DNA from: Octopus vulgaris
Taxonomy: Eukaryota
NCBI GenBank assembly: GCA_951406725.2
Contig: OX597814.1
Coordinates: forward strand, 103,850,001-103,914,000
Reading direction: 5' to 3'
DNA length: 64,000 bases
In this document: positions 1 through 11,705 of the stretch, piece by piece
Position numbering within the stretch: position 1 is the first letter of the stretch
Layout of the letters: every line of letters starts with the position of its first letter
Position numbers and translations under genes: made by a program
Notes under the pieces: generated by a model
The model's input: the letters and a program-made list of their open reading frames with translations, nothing else
Database searches by the model: none
What the model was told of the DNA's origin: nothing

Positions 1-802
1 AAGGCTCTCCACAAGGTCAACATAGTTTCTTTGTCTCTTGTCTTGAATGACCTCAGTATCCATCCTGCTAATTGTCTGCACTTTGCTGCCATCTTGCTAA
101 TGTGCATAGGAAATGATACGTCATTGCACATACTGATCCCCAAGTCTTTCACTGAATGTGACTCCGGGATTGTAGTGCCTTCAGGTCCTGTAAATGTAGA
201 TTGTACTGTATTTGTGAGTTGATAGTGCAGCGCTTAAAATTTTCCAGCATTAAACTGCATGTTCTTTATTTCGGTCCAGTTGTACATCGAATTCGGGTCC
301 TGCTGTAAGCTTGCGACCTCATCTTGGATTTTATTGCCCGTGATAATTTTGTATCATCGGCATAGCTAGTGACAGTGGCTGTCCGAGTGACTGCGGGTAC
401 GACTAAGAGGGCTGTTATGAACAGTAATGGCCCCAGAGCATTTCCCCGGAGAACACCACTTAAGATTTGAGTTTCCTCAGAAAGGGTGTCATTGGCTGCA
501 ACTACCTGACTTCTGTTTTTAAGGAAGTCATGCAGCCACTCTCCCAGTTTACCAGAAATGTCAAGGTCTCGTAGCTTATGACTTATCATGCCATGATCTA
601 CCTATCAAATGCCTTTGAGAAGTCAAAGTATATCACACTGACATCTGAATGGTCAAGCAGCTGTTTCAAAACCCAGTCATAGTGCTGTAGGAGCTGTGTG
701 AGGCAGCTTCTTCCTGTGAGGAAGCCATGTTGTATATTGCTCAGTTGGATATTTTCTTCTGGGAACATTATCAACTTCTTTCTGATGATTCACTCCATGA
801 CT
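1..802 (-). mobile_element. Decayed CR1/L2-like LINE reverse transcriptase fragment
   Basis: The minus strand reads VIYFDFSKAFDR, then ORF 266-589 WLHDFLKNRSQVV...SGVLRGNALGPLLF...YADDTKL, typical CR1-group RT motifs; stops and frameshifts are present. Confidence 0.85.
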
Positions 803-805
803 TGT

Positions 806-825
806 ACACACACACACACACACAC

Positions 826-900
<75 letters not shown>
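806..900. repeat. (CA)n-(TA)n compound microsatellite
   Basis: Seen directly. Confidence 0.97.
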
Positions 901-902
<2 letters not shown>

Positions 903-982
903 TTAATTAGGGTAGAAATTGATATTAGTCAATTAAAACCAGTGGTCTAGCATATTAAAAAGAATCCGAAGATTAAAATATT

Positions 983-1347
983 TATATATACCAATTAAGG
1001 ACTGAACACGAAAAGTGGACAGTCAACATGCTAGATATAGACGTCAAATCGCCATTCTCCACAAAGGTTATGTTCTCAAAAAATAAAATTCAGCACAAAC
1101 CAAAGCAATAAATAAGACAAATGAAAATATACGAAATGAAATAATCACCTGTGTACCGATCGGTTTCAGTACCGATCGGTACACAGGTGATTATTTCATT
1201 TCGTATATTTTCATTTGTCTTATTTATTGCTTTGGTTTGTGCTGAATTTTATTTTTTGAGAACATAACCTTTGTGGAGAATTTTGACGTCTATATCTAGC
1301 ATGTTGACTGTCCACTTTTCGTGTTCAGTCCTTAATTGGTATATATA
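983..1347. repeat. Near-perfect fold-back palindrome (~180 bp arms, 6-nt loop), probably PLE pLTR-derived
   Basis: Arm 983-1164 is the reverse complement of 1171-1347 apart from one 5-nt indel; loop TTCAGT. At the apex the minus strand reads GAAAC-CGATCG-GTA, the 3' half of an HHR. Confidence 0.9.
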
Positions 1348-1453
1348 TACATATATATATAACGGGAAGGTTTATGAAAAGAAACAAAAGACGAAGGCAG
1401 GTGGAGTACAAACAAACAAATGTATTAGTATAGCGCTCAGGAATAGAAAAAGT

Positions 1454-1489
1454 CTTTTACGTTTCGAGCCTACGCTCTTCGACAGAAAG
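1454..1489 (-). ncRNA. Minimal hammerhead-like motif with variant core CUGUCGA, inside a repeat at ~1361-1545
   Basis: Minus strand: cttt-CTGTCGA-A-gagc-gtag-gctc-GAAAC-GTA-aaag. Stem I 4 bp, stem II 4 bp, loopless palindromic stem III. A related copy lies at 20222-20257. Confidence 0.65.
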
Positions 1490-1627
1490 TTACACTGAAA
1501 AAAACAAGGAGAGAAAAAAATGCGTGTAGTGGCTAACGATCTATCATGGCGTCCTGACTTCGGACAGTGGTCAGACGCGAGAGGGACAGTAGGGGAGATA
1601 AAAGGGTCAAGTGACTTCCAATATATA

Positions 1628-1848
1628 TGTAAATATAATATGTGACAATTATTCGGTAGCCATGATAAAATTCCGAGTTTCGGATGTCGGGGCGGAAACC
1701 CACACCGCCATCTCTTCAGTTATCGGGCCATCGAAAAATGCTTAATGGCACGATAACTGAAGAGATGGTGGCGTGGGTTTCCGCCCCGAAATCCGAAACT
1801 CGGAGTTTTATTATGGCTACCGAATAATTGTCACATATTATATTTACA
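1628..1848. repeat. Fold-back inverted repeat (~104 bp arms) carrying an HHR-like motif in each arm
   Basis: Arms 1628-1731 and 1745-1848. Plus arm 1752-1812 reads gataa-CTGAAGA-(long stem II)-GAAAC-TCGGA-GTT-ttat; the mirror copy is 1664-1724 on the minus strand. Confidence 0.85.
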
Positions 1849-1925
1849 GATAAATTCCTCTATTTACATAAGGCCGAGGTCTCTTTCATTCTTTTGTTGT
1901 CTTACCATTTCTATCAATATCTATG

Positions 1926-1927
<2 letters not shown>

Positions 1928-2006
<79 letters not shown>

Positions 2007-2082
2007 CATACGTATATATATACATATACATGTATACATATTTATATATACATATGTATATATATATGCATACATATATATC

Positions 2083-2150
<68 letters not shown>

Positions 2151-2169
2151 TATAGATATACATATATAT

Positions 2170-2202
<33 letters not shown>
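1928..2202. repeat. (TC)n-(TA)n/(TACA)n compound microsatellite
   Basis: Seen directly. Confidence 0.95.
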
Positions 2203-2729
2203 CATTTGGAAACCGGCTCCCTCCTCGGTGGAAGATTTATCATAATTAAAATATAGAACACACACACACACATATATATAGGGCTTTATATATATAACGT
2301 TTTTAACTCATTAAACTCAATGACTGAATGTTCGAACAATAAAAAAATCCACTTCAAAAATATACAAAATAGAATTGATGGATACGAAATAAAGTTATTA
2401 GCATTTTTGTGGGTGTTGTAGGTAAATATTAGCCCCGGGGTAATTTAGCATTTACTGCTGCTATTCATTTTAGCATCAAGTGACTTATGCAGGAGATTGC
2501 CAACAAAAACACACACAAAAACAAAAACAAAAAAGACAAAAAGGCTATATTTTTCATTGAGATTAATTAGACAGAATTCAACAGAAGTTTGGCCCCGGGC
2601 AGGTTCTCATTATACACAAAACATCAAAGAAATAGTACAAAAATAGCAAAAATCACAATAGAAACAAAACAATTCCAAACAATAATGATTTTTAATGTCA
2701 TTAAGAATATAATAATAATAATGATAATA

Positions 2730-3190
2730 CTATAGGCACAAGGCCTGAAATTTTGGGGGAGGGGACTAGTCGATTACATTAACCCCAGTGTTTCATTAGC
2801 ATGCCGAGTGAAATGCTTAGCGGTATTTCGTCTGCCGTTACGTTCTGAGTTCAAATTTATTGACCCGGAAAGACAAAGTTGACCTTGGCAGAATTTGAAC
2901 TCAGAACGTAAAGACGGACAAAATGTCATTAAGCATTTTGCCCGGCATGCTAATGATTCTTATTTCTTTATTGCCCGCAAGGGGCTACACACAGGGGGGA
3001 CAAACAAGGACAGACAGACAGATTAAGCCGATTATATCGACCCCAGTGCGTAACTGGCACTTAATTTATCGACCCCGAAAGGATGAAAGGCAAAGTCGAC
3101 CTCGGCGGAATTTGAACTCAGAACGTAACGGCAGACGAAATACCGCTAAGCATTTCACCCGGCATGCTAATGATTCTGTCAGCTCACCAC
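2730..3190 (-). mobile_element. Cluster of SINE family A pieces (tRNA-like head, GTCGACTTTGCCTTTCATCCTTTCGGGGTCGATAAA core), with one small inverted piece at ~2797-2856
   Basis: Matches copies at 13357-13590, 17074-17307 and 18443-19222; followed by (TAA)n at 3198-3243. Confidence 0.85.
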
Positions 3191-3196
3191 CACCAC

Positions 3197-3247
<51 letters not shown>

Positions 3248-4064
3248 GGCCCCACAAATTCTCACTTTTTTTTCTGGTGACTTAAGTTTGAGACCTGTTT
3301 TGGGGTAATTTGGGGTCACTGAGTTTTAAAATGACAATAGAATTTTTTCTATCGCGTCTATTTCTTTTCCTATGGGCTGACCCATATTGGCCCCATCCGT
3401 AGCTCCATGTTGAAAAAGACACCAACGCTCAGCCTACAACACCAAGGGCGAGCCGATGTCCAACAACAAAGTGTTTGAAGATCTTCGCCAGGCACACTGT
3501 AAGAAACGCATGCGCCAGGTTCCGACGCCGTTTTGAGGTCATTGTGGAAGTTGGGGGCGGCTACTTTGAGTAAACTATCATCTCTCTTTGAGTAAACTGC
3601 AATCAAGTCGATTCTTTTTTGATTTGGGAAAATACTTTTATTCTGTGTTTTCTTTTCCTTTTGTGAAACTGTCAAATTTAACTCCGAATACCCTCTATCA
3701 AATGATTTGGGTTTTAACCTTGGTGTTTGCTATATTTAGCTTATTCACAGGACACGCAGTAAAATCATGGAAAATATAGAAAAAGTATTAAGTATGTCGG
3801 TGGATAATATTTCGCGACATCACTTGCCTCTTGTCTGAAACCATTATCCATCAAAAAAGCATTGAATTTATTTTATCAGTTGAAATAATATGAAGCTGAG
3901 GAAGTCAACCGTTTTTGCTTTCAGAGGATGATTTGAAACGCTCAAAGTGCGATCTTATCTTTACGGCATTCGAATAATCAGGCTATCAGCGTCTGTTGAC
4001 ATCTTAGAGAGCCAGTGTGTTTTTGTGGGTTATTATGTTTTATTTGTTGCATAAACTAAAGAAA

Positions 4065-4191
4065 GTCGCTGTGTAGTAAGACGTTCAGTCCCAGTGCATG
4101 GCACCTTGGGCAAGTCTCTTCTACTATAACCTCGGGTCGACTAACACCTTGTGAGTGGATATGACTGCTGGAAACTGAATGAAGCCCGTCG

Positions 4192-4225
<34 letters not shown>

Positions 4226-4310
4226 ACAGAATGTTCACCTAACTTGGGGCTGTGCGGACTATACCGAACTGGCAAGATGCCTCAATTTGAGTACCTAATT
4301 AAACTGAATC

Positions 4311-4389
<79 letters not shown>

Positions 4390-4527
4390 CGCAGGCGTGG
4401 CTGTTTAGTTAGAAGTTTGCTTCCCAACCAAATGCATGGCACCTTGGGCAAGTGTCATCTACTATAGCCTCGGGCCGACTAAAGCCTTGTAAGTGGATTT
4501 GGTAGACGGAAACTGAAAGAAGCCGTC

Positions 4528-4567
<40 letters not shown>

Positions 4568-4808
4568 GTGTGTATGTATGTATGTGTGTATATGTTTGTG
4601 TGCCTGCGTTTGTTCCCCACCACCACCATCGCTTGACAACCGATGTTTGGTATGTCTCCGTCCCCATAACTTAGCGGTTTGGCAAAAGTGACCGATAGAA
4701 TAAGTAGTAGGCTTACAAAGAATAAATCTTGGGGTCAAATTGTTCGAGTAAACGTAGTGCCCCAGCATGGCCGCAGTCAAATGACTGAAACAAATAAAAT
4801 AATAAAAG
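4065..4808 (+). mobile_element. Two SINE family B copies (4065-4192 partial; 4388-4808 near full length with internal (TG)n), separated by (TA)n and a unique insert
   Basis: tRNA-like head, CORE-like GCACCTTGGGCAAGTG motif, tail GCATGGCCGCAGTCAAATGACTGAAACAA; recurs many times in the window. Confidence 0.85.
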
Positions 4809-5216
4809 AATATATATATATATATATGAGAGAGATAGAAAATGAGATGTTTGAGCATAAAATATATGCATATACACTCATTCACACATTAACGCTTAAT
4901 CTTTAAAACCTAGTGCGGTAATATAATTAACTGTGTATAAAATGAAATAACTCCTTTAACTGCATGCTTGCCAAAAACACTGAAGAGCGTCGTGAAAATA
5001 TAAGAGTTACTCCCCTTGAAATTTTGCTTCATCTCTGTTTACTTTTTTCAAAGATGGCGTCCTACTAACAGCAAAAAATTTTCTCTAATTGTAAGTCGAC
5101 AATCGTTGATCGTGAAACCGGTACTTATTTAATTTGTAATGATGTAATATGTTCCTAATATCACCATAAATTTTATTATCCAGACCTTCTGTGACTCTTA
5201 CATTTCTTTTCTTTTA

Positions 5217-5852
5217 GCAATAATAAATCTCTGAGCGAGATATAACAGTAGCTGCACGACATCGTGAAGTATATTTGCCACTTAAATGTAGCTAACCCTT
5301 AAGGGTGGATGCTACTGTAGCTTGTAGCCCCAGGAAGACACCTCCTCCAGTTGGCTATTGACACACTTACTATACCCTATCAGTATTTGCAAAGAGAAGC
5401 CATCCTTCCCATCTCCAACCTGACGTGATACACACGGACCCGAGTTTCTGAGTATTGACCCTTCATCAGCGTGTGACAATCACCGGTTGTCGATGTGAAG
5501 TGGTTCCCAATGCAAATATACAGTATACAGTCGTGCAGCTACTGTTTATACCTCGTTCAGAGATTTATTATTGCTTGTTTACACTTTTTCGAGATCAGTG
5601 ACTTTTCGTCGCTGGGAAAAGGATATATGTATTTGAGAACCACTTCACATCGACAACCGGTGATTGTCACACGCTGACGACGGGTCAATACCCAGAAACT
5701 CGGGTCCGTGTGTATCACGTCAGGTTGGAGATGGGAAGGATGGCTTCCCTTTGCAAATACTAATAGGATATAGAAAGTGTGTCAATAGCCAGCTGGAGGA
5801 GGTGTCTTCCTGGGGCTACAAGCTACATTTAAGTGGCAAATATACTTCACGA
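5217..5852. repeat. Two interleaved inverted repeats (A-B-A'-B'); the B arms carry hammerhead motifs
   Basis: A 5217-5260 pairs with A' 5530-5574; B 5262-~5507 pairs with B' ~5636-5852 (B has a ~29-nt insertion). Confidence 0.88.
5668..5712 (+). ncRNA. Type I hammerhead ribozyme motif (mirror copy 5431-5475, minus strand)
   Basis: cacacg-CTGACGA-c-gggt-caat-accc-a-GAAAC-tcgg-GTC-cgtgtg: perfect 6-bp stem I, 4-bp stem II, canonical core, GUC cleavage triplet. The mirror copy has CTGATGA. Confidence 0.8.
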
Positions 5853-7369
5853 CAAGGTAGAAAATGCTAAAATAATTTTATCATGAAACACATTTTGTAC
5901 CGGTTTCAGTCTTTTCGACTTTTTCAGCTAAGAGTAAAACAAGAAAAACAATTAAGTTGAAGAAAAAATTAAATTATATGTTTTGTAAATATTTCCATAG
6001 TCTTCAAATAGGTAGGACATTTTCCTCATTTCTTTCTCTCTTTTGCTTTGTGAAGACTCGATAGGTGGCAGATCTGAAGAAACAATGTCTTTGAGTGCAA
6101 AGAAATGTTTTGTTCTGAAGTTTGATGGTTTGATGCCGACAAAAACGGACACAATTGCTATCATTAATGAAGAAATACTGAAAGAACTCAAGAAAATCAA
6201 CACAGACCTGTTAACGTTTTTTAAGAAATTGGACTCGACACGTGAACCCAATCGGGAGAGCAATGAGGAAATCGATACGAAAAATACAACCTCCGAAATC
6301 GGCGAAAAACTTGGAAACCTATGTGAAACAATTAAAACATTCTTCTCAAACAACGCAAACCAAGGACCACCGAACGAGGAAACTTTATGGGATTTATACA
6401 TTAACAGCATAGCAAATGAAAAACCACATAGTACCACAATGTAGCAAATCACTCGACGATAGAAAGTTCGCCTTTTGGAAGGTGATCCAAAACAACAACA
6501 AAGCGAATATATCAGAAAAATGGTTTAATCTGACTCTGTTAATGCCCCACCCCCCACCCCACCCCGCAAACTCCACATCAAAGCCATTATAGATGAAGTT
6601 GCGGCACAAAGGCGCCTTAGGGAAGAATGGTACTGGAAAAAAATGGAAATAGAACTTCTAAAATTGAGGGCTCCGACAAATGAAGATAAAGTAAAATCCA
6701 TTGATGAAGAGATCAACAAAATGACTCAAGGCCCCAACCTAGAGATCTCAAAACAATGGAAAATGATTGCGACAAAGAAGAACTGAAATCCCTCCCATAC
6801 TGGGGAAAAAACGCCACTTGGTTTTCAAACTATGAAACTGTCTTTCAAACAGAATACGCTTCCAACAACCCTTTCCCAAAAATAAGAAAATCAAAACAAA
6901 ACTCAAACACAATTTCACACCTATCTAAAAAAACAAAATCATCTCCCCTGCTGAAAAAAGAATACAAGACATAACCTTAGCTTCATAACCCACCCGCGAA
7001 ACAACAACGGGGGTACACCAACAACAAAGATATAAGAAATCTCTACCCACAGGATAGACATTAGAACCCCCCACCAAGGGGATGCCAGCGTAATTTTTAT
7101 TCCAACAATCTACTTAACAACCACGTACAACAAATCCATACCACACGAAATAATTACCAACGACGGCCCTCAAAAGTATCACATCCGAACATTGAATATA
7201 GAGACACTCTTTTCAATCGTCTTCCAAGAACCCGCACCATTAATCACGACAACAGGTCACTCCACCATAACAGGTGACAACTACATAACAGCAATCATTT
7301 TTTTAGACCCAGTACACAAACACGGAGATACGAGATAGCACCGAACATAAAAGAGAACCCAGAAGGGAT

Positions 7370-9560
7370 AAGTCATCTAACTCTCAAAGAACTAACACCA
7401 GACCAAATCAAAATACTCTGCAAAGGGCTCAAATTTACACCCACCCACCCCAGTGCCCCAACTACAACGAAATGAAATAAGACGTTGCGAAATTCTGTAG
7501 AAACTTACGACTCGCCGAAGAACTATATGACGTACAACGAGGACGAATCATTAGCCAGAAATAAAAGTAACTACACCCCATCAAAAGGTAAGAACAAAAT
7601 TATTGACCATTTCTGAGAACACATTACGAATTACACATATCAACCCATACACAAACAAAAATACAAACCAAACTTCAGCAAAAAAAGAATGTTTAGCTCA
7701 GCTAAACAGATTAAAGGATGATAAAGCAATAACAATAAAAGAGGCTGATAAAAGGAGTGCAGTAGTCTTAATGGACACGCGCTGTTATATAACCCTAGTA
7801 CTATCCATATTAGAAGATACAACATATTATGAAAAGGTCCAACACTACAGTCAGCAGAAAATAATGAGAAACCTAAAACCCATGTTAAACCTATACAGAG
7901 AAGGGCTCACCGACATGGAATACGACTATATGACAAACTCCAAAAGTAAATCCAGTCAATTTTACGGCATTCCCAAGATACATAAAAGGGAAAAAATAAG
8001 CAACGCATGCAGGGAAGCCACAACATAATAGTCAAGGTACCTACACCCGATGATCTCAAATTAAGACCCATAATAGTAGGCCCAACATGCGAAACTTACC
8101 ACCTCGGCAACTTTTGAGATACCCTCTTAAAACCATTCCTCAAGCATACCAAAAGCTATATAAGTGACGACCTAGATATACTCAACTACCTCCCTGAAAC
8201 AATCAATAAAAAACCCTACAAGTATCCTTTGATGTATTCAACCTCTATTCTAATATCCCCCACAGCCTAGGAATAGAGGCAATCCAATTCTGGTTAGAGA
8301 ATTACTCCAATGACCTCCCACACCGAATCAAAATGAATTCGTAATAGAAGGGCTAAAATTCATCTTGGAGCATAACTTCGTATTCAATGACAACTTCTAT
8401 CAACTGAAATCGAGGACTGTGACAGGTACGAGAATGGCCCCTCCCTTTGCTAACCTAATCATGGGGTACTTAGGAATCACTCTTTATTGTAAAGTACTAG
8501 CAAAATACGGAATCCCCTTCTCCCTTTACATAGCAAATAACTGGAAGAGATATTTAGATGACTGCCTCATTCTTTGGCATGAAAGTACAGAGGGACTTCA
8601 AGAATTTCAAGCACTTCTGAATGGACGTGACATAAACATTCAATTTATGATGGAATATAGCCATCAACAACTTCCATTCCTCGACATCGTCATTAAGAAA
8701 CAGACACATACTATAAGCCCACGAACTTCAAGTAATATCTACCGTTCAACTCATGCCACCCTAGACACACTAGAATGAATATCCCTTTCAGCCTGGCAAA
8801 AAGGATTTGCACGATAATGTCTAATACACGACTACATGAGCTAAAAGATACACTCGTCAGCAGGAATTACCCACCATCACTAACTGATATAGGTTTTTAA
8901 CGTGCCCTACAACTCGACATCTACGAACTCAGACATATCAAACTAAAGAATGAATTACAACCTATAGCCTTATAATACATGTCCACACACAAACCCCTAA
9001 ACAATTGGGCCTTCGACACCATCCTCCAGAACATTCATTTACTAAAAAGGGGCCATAGAATGAATCAAATCCTCCAAACGCACACCATCATAAAGAGCAA
9101 AAGACAGCCCAAGTCAATGAAAAGTTTTCTAACACAAGCCCAAGTACACTTGTCGACAATATCGAAACCGTCATTAAAAAAAAATGCGGAAGACCTAACT
9201 GTGGTATATGCGTCAACCTAATTGAGGGGTCGGAGCTCTTCAAACAGGGTCAACATTTTACAGTGAAAAACAACTTCACATGTGCTTCGGAAAACCTAAT
9301 ATATGTGTTAACTTGCTCAGGGTGTTGTGAGCAATACATTGGTTAGACTAAAAACAGTCTACGCCAGAGGATGACCGTACATAGATTCCAGATTAAAATA
9401 CGGGAATAAAGAAAAATAGCATTAAGTGAAAACATCGACATTTGCACCACTAATGAACAACCCAACTTTAGAATTTTTCCCTCCATAAATTTAGGGACAA
9501 GGCAACCTATAATCAGCGCATTAGCAAAGAAACATATTTTATCGAAATCTCTTTTGAACA
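7370..9560 (+). pseudogene. PLE reverse transcriptase - Cys linker - GIY-YIG endonuclease, frameshifted
   Basis: Motifs LCKGLKFTPT, ITIKEADKRSAVVLMD, FYGIPKIHK, LRPII, FDVFNLYSNIPH, GTRMAPPFANL, WKRYLDDC, LPFLDI, CHPRHTRMNIPFSLAKRI, CGRPNCGIC, NLIYVLTCSGCCEQYIG; many stops. Confidence 0.92.
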
Positions 9561-9574
9561 CTTCCACCACATAT

Positions 9575-10720
9575 GACACGACTACGAGGATCTTAGACTA
9601 ATACCAACACAAATATTAAAATCGATAGATATATACGTTGATTTTGCTAAAGCCTTCAACTCTGTGCCACACAAACGACTCATGGTAAAATCTCTGCTAT
9701 GGGTGTGAAGAATGATCTCTATAATTGGCTGAAGTCCTTCATTCTCGGTCGGAAAGAGATAGTTACGGTTCTAGGACATTATTCTTCACCCTACAAGATG
9801 ACTTCTGGTGCACCACAGGGATCCTTTCTTGGACTCCTACTGTTTGTTACATATATTAATGATATAGATGCCAACTTGATGAATGTTACAGTGCTGAAAT
9901 ATGCAGATGACATCAAGCTGTACCTCGAAATAAAAAGAACAGATCCTATTTGCTATAGATCTTTCCTGCAATCAGACCTGGATACAATGCAGCAATGGAT
10001 CTCTGACTGGCAACTCAACCTAGCTGTGGACAAGTGCAGCACCATGAATTTTGGGAGGGAAAATCCAGTCTTTACATACTCTCTCTCAGCAACACCAATC
10101 TCAAGAAGTCTTCTAGCGGACGTGAGAATGTAAACAACGATCTGCGTTGGACAAACCACATCTCTAAGATTGTCCAGAAGGCTGAGGGAGAAGTGGGGTG
10201 CTAGCATCACTCAGTGAAACTTTTGTCAGCCGCTCTCCACCTATCTATTTAATATTGAATACGACAATGGTACATCCGCACCTGGAATTTGCATCACCAG
10301 TCTGGAACCCCTATCTTGCTCAGCATATAAATCTCCTGGAAACTGTTCAGAAACGTGCAACAAAACGAATACCCGCCGTCAGACATTTACCATACTCTGA
10401 AAGTCTTGCTTCCCTGGGCATGGATACATTGAAGCTCAGATGTCTAGTAACCAACTTGGTTGACACCCACAAGACTATCCACCATCTTTCCAACAACAAC
10501 CTTGGGCACCTTTTTGAATTCCATGACAAACACTCGCGAACATGCTTATAAAATCAACAAAAGAAAAAAAACAACACAGCACCCATGACTTTCGGAAACA
10601 TTTTTTTCCTGCTCAGAATTGAAGCATGGAATAAACTGCCTGCATCAGTTGTTAGCTTTCGAGACACCACATCCTTCAAAACTTCCATCATTCCTGAAAT
10701 CCGCCAACAGTACACCTGAT
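9575..10720 (+). mobile_element. 5'-truncated CR1-like LINE (RT C-terminal half and 3' end) nested in the PLE
   Basis: YVDFAKAFNSVPH, SGAPQGSFLGLLLF, KYADDIKLY, HLEFASPVWNP, LETVQKRATK. Confidence 0.88.
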
Positions 10721-10934
10721 GGCCTTTCTTTTTCTTTTTTCTATTTTGGAGTACATCTGAGTACTGTATACAACAATTTCTTTCATTATATCATGAAGAA
10801 CAGTCACTACCCATGAATTTATTTAGACCAGTTCCTACCACAGCTGCTACAACAACAACAGGACACTTTTAGGTCACTTGGTCGTTAAAGTAGATTCTAC
10901 GGACAGCTCTACTACTGTGTCATACCACTCCTGT

Positions 10935-11013
10935 CTTCTTCTTCTTCTTCTTCTTCTTCTTCTTCTTCTTCTTCTTCTTCTTCTTCTTCTTCTTCTTCTT
11001 CTTCTTCTTCTTC
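10935..11013. repeat. (CTT)n microsatellite
   Basis: Seen directly; it explains the poly-Leu of ORF 10878-11516. Confidence 0.97.
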
Positions 11014-11326
11014 CTCAGCTGCTGCTTAAACCATCAAACTTCAGAACAATACATTTCTTTGCACCCATAACCATTATTTCTTCAGATCTGCCCCTAACTA
11101 CCGAGCCTTCACAAAAGAAAAGAGAGAAAGAAGGAAGGAAAATGTCCTACCTATTTGAAGACTATGGAAATATTTACAAAACATTTCATTTATTTGAGTT
11201 GAAGAAGTCAAAAAGACTGAAACCGGTACAAAATGCATTTCATGATAAAATTATTTTAGCATTTTCTACCTTGTCTTATTTTCCTTATACATATCAACTT
11301 GTGTGTCACTTTTCAACCTTACATAC

Positions 11327-11359
<33 letters not shown>

Positions 11360-11509
11360 TGTATGTATGTATGTATGTATGTATGTATGTATGTATCTAT
11401 GTATGTATGTATGTATGTATGTATGCATGTATAAATGCATATATGTATGTATAAATATATGTGTGAGTGTGTATATATATATGTGTGTGTATGTGTGTCT
11501 GTCTGTCTG

Positions 11510-11705
11510 TGTTTGACTCCTACCACCGCATGACAACCAGCGTTGGTGTGTTTACGTCCCCGTAACTCTACGGTTGGGCAAAAGGAACCGATAGTACCAG
11601 GCTTTAGAAAAAAGTTCTGAAGTCGATTCATTCGACTAAAAATTCCTCAACGTATAACTCCAGCATGGCCGCAGTCTTATGACTGAAACAAGTAAAAGAT
11701 AAAAG
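11510..11705 (+). mobile_element. SINE family B 3' portion
   Basis: Shares body and tail with 4600-4808; preceded by (TATG)n. Confidence 0.75.

Larger units (their letters stand above)
5851..11275 (+). mobile_element. Penelope-like retroelement (Neptune-type), decayed, bounded by inverted pLTR copies
   Basis: 5851-6131 is the reverse complement of 11028-11275; it contains an RT + GIY-YIG pseudo-ORF; HHR-like motifs lie in both terminal repeats (5893-5930 minus, 11193-11234 plus). Confidence 0.85.

Noticed and set aside
3244-3900. Possible DNA transposon (CAC-starting, Transib-like) relic
   Set aside because: No matching second terminus, TSD or transposase motif was found.
4978-5006. CTGAAGA...GAAA spacing resembling a hammerhead
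   Set aside because: No stem I or credible stem II pairing.
5952-6452. Similar peptides in ORFs 5952-6452 (minus) and 10878-11516 (plus) suggesting paralogous genes
   Set aside because: The similarity is just the inverted terminal repeat of the PLE.
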